Shown: positions 1-11,400 of the stretch, piece after piece | Layout of the letters: every line of letters starts with the position of its first letter | How positions within the stretch are numbered: position 1 is the first letter of the stretch | NCBI RefSeq assembly: GCF_947568905.1 | Contig: NC_079169.1 | Coordinates: 51,956,001 to 52,020,000, forward strand | Direction of reading: 5' to 3' | DNA length: 64,000 nucleotides | Origin: Ostrea edulis | Lineage: Eukaryota | Made by a program: the position numbers and the translations under genes | The notes under the pieces: generated by a model | What the model was told of the DNA's origin: nothing | Databases searched by the model: none | Seen by the model: only the letters and a program-made list of their open reading frames with translations

Positions 1-300
1 TTATTCCTCTCATTAATTCAATTGATGCTCTCATCAATTCAATTGAAGAGAGCAATAATTGAATAAATGCGCGCATTAAATCAATTATTGCTCTCATTAA
101 TTCAATTGATGCGCGCATTAATTCAATTGATGAGAGCAATAATTGAATTGAAGCGCGCATTAATTCATTTGATGAGAGCAATAATTGATTTAATGTGCGC
201 ATTAATTCAATTAAAGAGAGCAATAATTGAATTGATGATATCTTCAAATAATTGAAGATATCTTCAATTATTTGAGTTTATGTTAATTTGGCGCTCCATA
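1..300. mobile_element. Short non-autonomous TIR element with ~21-bp self-complementary internal repeats (left terminus just outside window)
   Basis: Repeats of ATTAATTCAATTGATGCGCGC/AGAGCAATAATTGAATT; ends ...TTAATTTGGCGCTCCATA, an architecture resembling the termini of the 22505-23760 element. ORF 67..255 is only a translation of the repeat. Confidence 0.55.
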
Positions 301-1008
301 GGATTGACTAGTAGATACAGTCGTTTCTGTTCAAGTGCCCGAGTGTTCGATACGATGAATCGGTGTCGCATCAATCAACAGTTACTTTATGATGATTTCT
401 TCGAATATATGGACACGGTTACCGGCAGTAGAATATTCTGATACCGGCTACGATGACATTCCAAGTGTGCACTGGCGCAAAAAGTGATATTCTTTAATTG
501 TAATATTATATCCTCTCTTTCTCTTCCTCGATGGAGGAAATGTACAAACACGTGCGAATTATCCATTGTACTATACGATTGATGTGGGCGTGCTTCTATT
601 GTTTGAGAAAAGTCTTCAAATGACAGGAAGCAATTCTATATTTTTAGCGGATCCCCAAATTTGTCTAGTTCAAGGTCCATAACTCCTTCAAAAATAGGTC
701 ACCACAGCCCAACCTCAAACTTAATCTGTAACCCAATAATATGAATTCATGTATAAATTTCAATTCAACAGCTGAAGGGATAGTAAAAAAATATTCCGGA
801 AAACCTTTTTCACAGACAGACGCACGCACGCACAAGCTGATCACTAAAGGGTACCTATCTATTGGCGGCGCTATATATTAAGTATGTTTCAGACATTTAA
901 GTAAAATGAGTATCATTCCATGGTGTCCTGAATCAATATCATGAAAAGGTATGAGAAAAGTAATTAATTGTGTCCACTAGTGTGACCATTAGCCGTGTGA
1001 TGACTTAC

Positions 1009-1131
1009 CAGGTTGAATAATTTTAATGCCCCTTTGATGTCACCGCTGGTAAACTTAATCAAACCATCCTTCCGGTAGGAGTTGTTCAGGACTTCCGCCT
1101 TCCGTTGTTTGATGTCTATATTTCCGCTCAT
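1009..1131 (-). CDS. Probable first coding exon of a TPR protein, ODAD4/TTC25-like paralog (rest of gene not found in window)
   Basis: ATG at 1131 with upstream in-frame stop; MSGNIDIKQRKAEVLNNSYRKDGLIKFTSGDIKGALKLFNL then a phase-0 GTAAGT donor. Last 23 aa align ungapped with ODAD4 exon 1 (YKAEADSLFKQGEYKKSIDSYSI), which has the same intron position and phase. Confidence 0.5.
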
Positions 1132-3249
1132 CCCGTCAGCTTACGTTGTCCGTTCAGCATCCACACAATGAACATAACAGTTAGAGACGCACAGTTAGAG
1201 TTGAGTACATTTCCTTTCCCTTGTCAATATATATTTTATTTAATAACGAGCCTAGAACCAAAATCTCTTAATCCAGCTAATCCTGGTTATGACGCTGTTC
1301 CAAAAAGGCTCCATTATTTTCTATTAAAATCCCTTTCCTAACTGGGTAACAGTAGGAATTTCATTTCACTTTGGGCCAAATGCCGACTAGAGCAAATGGT
1401 ATTGCCAATTTTTTTCTGCTAATATAAGCGTTTATATCACACCTGCTAATCTGTCTGTCTTTTCATTTGGTAAAACGTACATCGCAATAATGGCAACGTT
1501 CTTTCTTGAACTCCAAAAAGAAACATACGACAGCGAGAAGAAAAAAGAAAAGAAAGAAAACCTGCACTCACGAAGCAGCTAATGATAGCCTTTTGGTACC
1601 CTTACTGCAATTACCTTAAACATATTTTTTCCACATGTTATCCTGATTAAACGTTAGGTTGGTATAGCACCAAGGTTCCCATACGAATATCAGGCTTGGG
1701 AAATGAAACGTACGTATTAAATCAACATTATCTGGAAAATCTTATATTGTCGTCTGGATCACCTCTTAACATTCAGACGACAATCTGTTGATTAAAGTCA
1801 AAGGTCAAACCAAATCAATGACGGATTTAAATTTCATGAAGTCATGCTCATGGGGCAAGAATGCTTATTTAATTAATCCATGCATGATCCTGTTCTACTT
1901 TTTTTCTGATCCTGTTCTACTGGAATTATTTCAGCAGCAACTTCTGATCATCGGTAAAACGTCATCCAATAAAGACATATTCCTTTAAATCTAAGTTATC
2001 AAAATTTCGTAAACTTATTTCAGTAAATGCTAGAGAAGACGAAAAACTGCAAGGTCAATTTCTTTACCAAGTACAAATTGTTTATAATCTCTCGGGGGGG
2101 ATCGAAGAATTTTTTAAAGTGGGGGAAGGGGCAGTTTTGTACCTTTTTTGCCCAAAAAGGGAGGGATTTGGAGACACCAAATGACAAAGGTTATTTCTTA
2201 TTAAAAAATATTCAACCAAAGGGAGTCTCTAATCCTTGTACCTCCTCTAGATTCGCTACTGCTCTCGGAGGCAATATCAAATTATCATCAACCACAGGAG
2301 CAGGTGATCTATTTGTGGTTGTGTTAGGACACATGTCTTAAAGTTCAGAATAAAAATATTTTAAAAATATATTTTTATAGATACAAGTGTTGATAACTGT
2401 AATCAATACGTTTTATTTTTATTCATTATTAAACAAATATTATGAATTTACGATTCTTCCGGAAGTACAGTGTAAAATATAGAAGCAACTCATTTTAGGT
2501 TTCCAGATACAGTTATTTTGGTTTGAATATGCAACAGCTGCAGATATTTTCATATATGTATATTTTGCATGGCTATCCCCGATGTGCAAATCAAAGTTGC
2601 AGACATATACAGTGTAGCAGTCCAGCAAATAACACTGTCATCATCACGAGACATAGATCCGGGGTATGCCTTACCATTGCATTCATGTTTGGTTTCTGCA
2701 ATCTTTTGAAATACAAAATATAATAATATTCATGTTTGCTTGGTTTAAACATTATTTATTCAATAAATTTATGACAAAGTTAACAAGTGACAACAGAGAT
2801 TGGAAAGCAAGCCATGACCTATGTAAATCCGCTCTGTCTGCTCAATTTGGATACAATCATGACGATATCTCAACATTTTATAAATCAATTTAGCTTCTTC
2901 GATGGAATTTGCTAAAATGGGCGGATTTAGGATTTCAACTTTCCGGAGCGTGGGGAAAAAATCTGAGTCACGGGTCTGTTGGTCGCCATTAGATCCCCCA
3001 GTTCTAACATCCCATTTATAATAATGAAATCTGGTGTACAACTAATAGCATTTTCAAGTACACATCCTGCAATCTAATTTGGGAATGTTTCAGGTTACAC
3101 TGTTGGCTCCATGTGCCTAGAATCTTTTTCGTAGAAAGACTTTGCTTTTGATCAAAATTTCGGAAATACAGAAAAAGTAACATATTGTCGTATCTTAGGA
3201 ATACTTGAATTTTTCCACAAGTTTATTTGTTCTGTGTCGCTTTACGTAC

Positions 3250-3425
3250 CATTTCAGAAATTTTCACTTATATAGTGACGTCACCAGTGTAGGGGAAGTG
3301 CCACAAATTTAGACCTACGCTTCACGCTCAGAGCCGTAGCGGTGAGGGTTCTTTAACGTGCCGACGCCTGTCGTGACATGTGACCTTGTCTTAAAAGTTA
3401 TATCCGAAAGACCCGTGACTTTTCA
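3250..3425 (-). mobile_element. SINE fragment (same family as 58105-58431)
   Basis: Reverse complement of the central/3' SINE region (GAGGGTTCTTTAACGTGCC...GTGAC...CCGAAAGACCCGTGAC). Confidence 0.6.
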
Positions 3426-4196
3426 ATTTGAATTCAGGGCGTTTTGTCAGAGAAACAGTTGAACTACTTATAACGTCATTGTGTATGCAGTCCTTTTGAG
3501 TAACCAATGTATTAATATCAAGTACACGTATGTCATACATGTAGTACACGTGAAAGATGGCCGGTATCAGGTATTATTGTAGATTTAATAAAAAAACAAA
3601 AACAAATAACATCAAGTAGTATTTCCAAGTTTTTATTTTCAAGATGGTCAGTTCTACATTAAATTATATATCGTTGTTATAGAAACAAATATCTAACAAA
3701 ATGTTTAACAGATGTAAAACAAAATATTGAAATATAGGAATAAAAATATCTTTTGGCAGTATTGACTAAGTAAAGTCGCTCAAATACTGGCATGGTAACA
3801 AGTGTTTTTCATAACAATCGGCTTTGATATCCAATTTCTAGTTGTTTTCTTTTTTCAAAATTATTTAGATTTGATAATGCTCCACATTAATTCTAGTTTG
3901 ATGGTCATCAGATGGTAGAGAATTTGACTACGTTACTATGACATCACGTTATCATGACATCGCATGACTACGAAGCCTCTCTCGTCGGACTTTCCTTTCC
4001 CTGGTCCAGGCTCTTGTTGGCTTCCTTAGTGTCATCATCTCTATAAATAGTACAAAAAGAAACTTCAGCATTGCAATATTTATAGGCCATCCATTCTCTT
4101 TGATGGAAGCTTGTACACTCAAACCCATGGCTTGTGACATATACAATACATTATTATTATTTTTTAAAAGCATGCAAAAGAAAGAGTAAAATTTAG

Positions 4197-5223
4197 ACAA
4201 GAGGTCCATGGGCCACAATGCTCACCTTGGCCCTGCCATTGTTCACCTGTTGTGATTTTTATATAATTTTTTTTAATCTTCTTTATTCCCACGATTTTTT
4301 TTACCCCATATTGTGACCCCCACTCTAGCCCCATATGATCATGATTCATACAAACTTGAATCAGCACTATATCTGTGGAGGATTGCTGGTCATGACCCTG
4401 CTGTTTTTGAAAATTTCAAATGATTTCCCATATTTCCATATAAATCTTTGAATCTCTATTGTGGCCCCACCCTACCCCTGTGACAATGATTTGAAGAAAC
4501 TTAAATCTGCATTACCTGTGGAAGAGAACTAAAATAGCCTATGCCTACTGCTTGTTCCCACTCACTTACTTGTGAATAAAATATTGTATAAATGTAAATG
4601 CTTGTATATCATTATGACTAATCAGGGTCCTGCTACTCTTGGGGATAAGTTTTTAATCCCATGTACAAGTTTGACCCCCTATTATTGTGACCCTACCCCT
4701 TGGGGCATTGATTTCAACAAATTTGAATCTGCACTACCTGCAGCTGCAGATGTCTGCCTGTTAACATGACTAATCATGGCCTAACTGTTCATAAGAAGAA
4801 TTTTAATTACTTTTTACTATATATTCCTATGTAAACATTGATTCCCAATTGTGGCCCTACCCTACTCCCGGGGACCATGATTTGAAAAATGAAATGAAAC
4901 GTACACTCATTAAGGAAGCTTTGACATAAGTTTTGTCTTTTAAAGTCCTGTGGTTCCTGAGAAGAAAATTTTAAAAGATGTCGATATATTTTTGCTATAC
5001 TTGATTATCTCTCCTTTGAAAAGGGTGTGACCCTTCATTTGAATACTTTTGAATTCCCTTTACCAAAGGATGCTTTATGGCAAGTTTGGTTAAAATTGGT
5101 CCTGTAGTTTTGGAGAAGATAAAAATGTGTAAAGTTTACATAAGGATGGACTGACAGATGCAATGCTGGACAACAGGTGGTCAGAAAAGCCCACTTGAGT
5201 TTGTAGTTCAGGTGAAATAAAAA
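4197..5223 (+). mobile_element. Helentron/HINE-like non-autonomous element with ~165-bp Cg170-type internal repeats
   Basis: ACAAGAGGTCCATGGGCC 5' end, internal satellite units, GGACAG-type microsatellite and AAAGCCCACTTGAG...TCAGGTGAAATAAAA 3' hairpin end. Mirror image of the 50063-51033 element. Confidence 0.65.
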
Positions 5224-5264
5224 GTAATTTAAAGTGAAATAGCTCTAAAGTGGGATAAGTTTCA

Positions 5265-5270
5265 TTTATT
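5265..5270 (-). terminator. Candidate polyadenylation signal of ODAD4
   Basis: AATAAA on minus strand about 230 nt after the stop codon. Confidence 0.45.
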
Positions 5271-5499
5271 ACAGATAGCATAAAGTTTGTAGGTCATGGG
5301 TTATTGGGCACAGTCATTAACAGACGTATGTCGGAAATACATGTGCATCTATAATTTAGCGTTGTTATAAATCAGCAAACTTCAATATGATGCAATAATA
5401 ATAATAATAATACCATATTTATATAGCAATAAAGGTATCGAAATAAAACAACTGGTAATATCAGCACATGTGCAGTACAAAGAATTGTGACAAAATCTC

Positions 5500-8400
5500 T
5501 TACACATTTTCCTCAGGTTCGGGGGTCTTTTTGCCCTCAGGGGTCTTTTTTCCCTCAGGGGTCTTTTTGCCCTCTGGGGTCTTTTTTCCATCTGTTTCCA
5601 CCTTCGCTTCGGACTTGGCAACGGACTTGGCCGATTTTGGACTGTCCTTATCATCCTTTATTGACACCGTCTTGCTCTTGACGCTGGCGTTGTCCGGACT
5701 GGCCTCAGTATTATCCTCGCCATCCGTTGGTTTCATTGATGCTGATGAACCTTTGGCAATTTTATTGTTGACATCATCAATAGCCTTTTTAATGGCTGAC
5801 TCAGCAGAAGTGTCTTCTGAAAAGAGAGAATTTGTGTATGAAAGGTGAAAATCAAATGCAATATGATATAGTGATACAATATACTGTAAATATATAGTAA
5901 ATTGGTGAAATTAAAATTTCGCTCTTGTATTTCACAATTTTCTAATTACTTTAAGCATGAGTTCACTCACAATTGTACAAAGCTATATTCAACTATGAAA
6001 TCCTAACAGTGGTTGCTACGTAATCTTGTATGAAGATCGCAGACACACACTATTAGTCATATGGATTCTTGGCAGGGTATATGAACTCACATTCCCTGTC
6101 AAAGGTTATATGAATACTGTATATACTTTGACAGGGAATGCAAGTTCATATACCCTGCCAAGAATTCATATAAAGAATATGTCCTACTGCAGAGCGATTA
6201 ATCTAAAAAAATATATTAATGTTTACTTTACAAAGCGATTATTAAAGTATATAGATTTTTGAAGCCATTTTATATCCCATCTATTCTTAGCAGGGTATAT
6301 GGCCTCATATTCCTGGCTTGTCGTCCAATCAAATGCATAGATTTTTTTCTGTAGAAGGACATACACATATAAACATATACATAAACACATACACAACACA
6401 TGACCGGACACATGACCTCTAAGGTGGTGGTAAAAGTTTGTTCAGCCACTACTGGAGGTGGTACTTACCTTATGTTTGGGCAAGGTCTAGTGATAATTCA
6501 AATTTAGTATTTACCTTATGTTCAGGCAAGGTCTAGTGATAATTCAAATGTAGTATTTACCTTGTGTTTGGGCAAGGTCTAGTGATAATTCAAATGTAGT
6601 ACTTACCTTGTGTTTGGGCAAGGTCTAGTGATAATTCAAATGTAGTATTTACCTTGTGTTTGGGCAAGGTCTAGTGATAATTCAAGGTCTAGTGATAATT
6701 CAAATGTAGTACTTACCTTGTGTTTGGGCAAGGTCTAGTGATAATTCAAATTTAGTATTTACCTTGTGTCCGGGCAAGGTCTAGTGATAATTCAAATGTA
6801 GTATTTACCTTGTGTTTGGGCAAGGTCTAGTGATAATTCAAATGTAGTATTTACCTTGTGTTTGGGCAAGGTCTAGTGATAATTCAAATGTAGTATTTAC
6901 CTTGTGTTTGGGCAAGGTCTAGTGATAATTCAAATGTATTATATACCTTGTGTCCGGGCAAGGTCTAGTGATAATTCAAATGTAGTATTTACCTTGTGTT
7001 TGGGCAAGGTCTAGTGATAATTCAAATTTAGTATTTACCTTGCATTCAGGCAGGGTCTAGTGATAATTCAAATGTAGTATTTACCTTGTGTTCGGGCAAG
7101 GTCTAGTGATAATTCAAATGTAGTATTTACCTTGTGTTCAGGCAAGGTCTAGTGATAATTCAAATGTAGTATTTACCTTGTGTTCGGGCAAGGTCTAGTG
7201 ATAATTCAAATGTAGTATTTACCTTGTGTTCAGGCAAGGTCTAGTGATAATTCAAATGTAGTATTTACCTTGTGTTCGGGCAAGGTCTAGTGATAATTCA
7301 AATGATGATAATGCAGCACTTAGATCTCCTAGTTTTACTGTAAATAAAGATCAACAGGATTGAAAAGATATCAAGATTTATAAACTGCTAAAATATAAGG
7401 TGTTAAGAAAATGAAGCAAATAAAATGGATTTCAGCTCACAAACAGGACCATTTGCTATGGATCAAAACTACATTAATCCAACAGACCATATCATGTGAC
7501 TTACACTAGGGGTGAAACGATGCATTGCGATGCGACCGAATCGCGATGTAGTGGTCTTGATTCAATGTTCGATTTATTCGGGGTCTGTTTCGGTTTGATA
7601 CGGTTCTAAAATCATTGCACACATTGCTCTTGATAACACGGTTTCTGATTAGCCAATGGAATTGAAAATAGCCCAATCAACATACGAGTAAACTTTGCTG
7701 TATCAAAATGGACGCAGTCGAGTTGAAAAATGCACCCCTAATGTATAAATCCTGGGTATGGCGACATTTCGGCTTTAGGACAAGTGATAAGAGTGTTGCT
7801 CTATGTTAAACGGTTTTACATTATGTAGAATTTATTTGCAGAGAGCAATAAATACAACGAAACATAAAAAATCTTAGCATTATACAGAATTTGGTACATG
7901 CTATTGTATCAAATCGAAAATCATCGAATCGAGACTAAAGTATCGAAAATCGAATCGAATCGAGAAGGTACTGTATCGTTTCACCTCTAACTTACACTAA
8001 ACAAATAGACCATATCATGTGACTCATACTAAACCAACAGACCATATCATGTGACTTACACTAAACCAACAGACCATGTCATGTGACTTACACTAAACCA
8101 ACAGACCATATCATGTGACTTACACTAAACCAACAGACCATGTCATGTGACTTACACTAAACCAACAGATAATATCATGTGACTTACACTAAACCAACAT
8201 ACCATATCATGTGACTTCCACTAAACCAACAGATAATATCATGTGACTTACACTAAACAATCAGATCATATCATGTGACTTAAACAAAACAAATAGACCA
8301 TATCATGTGACTTACACTAAACCAACAGACCATATCATGTGACTTACACTAAACAATCAGATCATATCATGTAATTTACACTAAACCAATAGACCATATC

Positions 8401-11400
8401 ATGTGACTTACACTAAACCAACAGACCATATCATGTGACTTATACTAAACCAACAGACCATATCATGTGACTTACGCTAAACCAACAGACCATATCATGT
8501 GACTTACACTAAACAATCAGATCATATCATGTGATTTACACTAAACAAATAGACCATATCATGTGACTTACACTAAACCAACAGACCATATCATGTGACT
8601 TATACTAAACCAACAGACCATATCATGTGACTTACACTAAACCAACAGATCATATCATGTGACTTACACTAAACCAACAGATCATATCATGTGACTTACA
8701 CTAAACCAACAGACCATATCAAGTGACTTACACTAAACCAACAGACCATATCATGTGACTTACATTAAGCCAACAGATTGCATCATGTGACTTACACTAA
8801 ACCAACAGACTGCATCATGTGACTTACACTAAACCAACAGACTGCATCATGTGACTTACACTAAACCAACAGACTGCATCATGTGACTTACACTAAACCA
8901 ACAGACTGCATCATGTGACTTACACTAAACCAACAGACTGCATCATGTGATTTACGCTAAATGAACAGATTATATCATGTGACTCTAACTAAACCAACAG
9001 ATTACTGGTATATCATGTGACTTACACTCTGATTGGGCCACTAACACTGAGGCCTGCAGCTGCCATTGGGGTTCCCCTGCCTCTTCTGCTAAGGCTAGAG
9101 ATTTGTCTCCGTGTTCCTTGGCAACCTGGTATTTTCCCATCTCCAAATAACATCGCCCAATTTCATGGTACAGCCATGTGCTCTCCAAAGCTGATTTTGA
9201 TAAAGGTAATTTCTTCTCCCATCTACAAAACAACAAAAACAGCATTCAGACCATCACCTCTTATAGACAGCTAAAAAATACATGTAATACACACACTGAT
9301 ATTGTAGATCCTTTGTAAAAACCTCGAGGAATGCTCATTAATTGATCATAACTCTTCATTGCCAATCCAGAACACTTCACAAAGTACTGGTACTTTCAAT
9401 GTGTTTGTAAAGGCCTGATTGCTATTTTTGGATACTGATACTGTAATAGTTTGTTACTGACACTGTGATAGCCTGGCTGTAGTCGCCCTTCCTGGCATGC
9501 ACTCTTCCCAGGTTGTCCAGTCCTCTGGAGCATGCCTCCTCCATGTCGCTGTAAAGAATCAGAGTAAACTTAGGCACACAAACTATCCAAAGATCAAGGT
9601 TTCTGTTCCAAATATACTTTCTATCTAAAAGTTATTGAAAATCTTTTAACAGAAATACTGAACTGGATTGATATATGGAGTATATTCTATTGTTCATGAT
9701 TGTAACTACACTACCCACCCCCAAACTCAGCATCTCTAAAACCAGCAAGACCAATCCAAGACTTACTGCTCCTCCCCAAGATTGTAGTCGATCTGATGCT
9801 GTTCTTGGGACTTGTCGTAGTTGCCCAGTTCCAGGTAAGCATTTCCTATACAGCTGTGTAGATTGGCAATGACCTCCATTTTGTTTGGTACAACATCCTC
9901 TGTGAAACCGTTGACTGTGTTCAGACATCTCTGGGCTCGCTTTAGACTCTCTGTATATTTACCTTCTACTTGAGCTGTCAAGAATTATATATTCAGTCTG
10001 AGTAAAGGCAACATTACACATTTACCCCAGCTATCCTTCATCTTCAAGACTGGATATATATCCAGCCCAATTCCAAATCAGAAATGCAACAAAAAATATG
10101 AAAAAATTATTGACATTTCTTCAATGAAACTTTCAAATGCTAACTCCATTACTTTGCAGTTAACATCATACAGCAAGGATTTTGTAACATCGTAAAGTAT
10201 GTTGTAATTTGTCAGTGTGGCTTTTTAAATTTTCTTAAATCAATGCTATTACCTCTATCCAATTTCGTACATTTCACTGATTCAGTATTTTACATATACA
10301 TGCATATATTGAAATTCAGTGGATTAATGTATAAATTGTTCGTGTTATATCCAAAGTTCAAAATAACCAATGTTGAACCATATAAATAATGTTAAGATCA
10401 ATATAACAAATACTTCAAAATAAGCAACTTCAATATAAGTGGAGTAGACTGTATTTTTTTCTTGACAAAGTATTAAAAGGTCTGTAACTCCAGTGGATGT
10501 TTGATAATAAATGAAAAACATGCATGATCCTATGATGCATAAAATTCATTGATAACTATGAATGTACTATTTGTTATCTTAACATAGAGCCATCAAATTT
10601 GGGAGGTAACCAAGGGCAGACGATTTAAATACTATAATTGGATCCCAATCCCAAGCTTTCAAAATAGGAGGGTCTGGGATAGAAAAATTGGGTAAGTCAG
10701 GACCCACACATTTTTTTATTTATGCCTCACTGATCACAACGTTAAACATTTATCTTTCATGCAATGTTAAACTACAGTCTACCTTGATCAATCCTTTCAA
10801 GTTCTCGGATGATGTAGTCATTTGGTGACAATTTTCCTGTGCTGGATTCCTCGACCCGTTTCTCTCGCCTCATCATAAGTTTCTCATGTTTACGGGCATA
10901 CATTGGTTTTTGCTGTCTCCAGAAATCGGTTCTGGTATCTAGGTAATTCAGGCCCTGGGACACCAGCCCAGAGATGGTTTTACCCACCGGAGTATTAGCA
11001 TCTGTAGGCATCAATGAATATAAAGAAATAAACATAATTCCATTATTATGCTTTTAAATTCAGTTATACATGATGTATTGTTACATGAAATACACTGCAT
11101 AAATATATGACATAATGTATACTGTATTGTTTATTCAACAAAATCTTTCTAAAGACTCCTTGAGTCCTGATTGGATGTACTGTTTTATACTGAAGCTCTG
11201 ATTGGGTGTATTGTTTTATACTGAAGTTCTGATTGGGTGTATTGTTTTATACTGAAGCTCTGATTGGGTGTATTGTTTTATACTGAAGCTCTGATTGGAT
11301 GTATTGTTCTATACTGAAGCTCTGATTGGATGTACTGTTTTATACTGAAGTTCTGATTGGGTGTATTGTTTTATACTGAAGCTCTGATTGGGTGTATTGT

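Noticed and set aside
67-255. Leucine-zipper-like 62-aa ORF
   Set aside because: Heptad periodicity is just the 21-bp DNA repeat.
2769-3041. 90-aa ORF between the paralog exon and ODAD4
   Set aside because: No motif or splice context that I could support; left unannotated.
5468-5848. 126-aa plus-strand ORF with SGVFLP repeats
   Set aside because: Antisense reading of the ODAD4 last exon and its GKKTPE repeat.
6463-9028. Regular 32-46-bp arrays as CRISPR loci
   Set aside because: Units are head-to-tail without unique spacers, lie in spliceosomal introns of a eukaryotic gene, and no cas genes are present.
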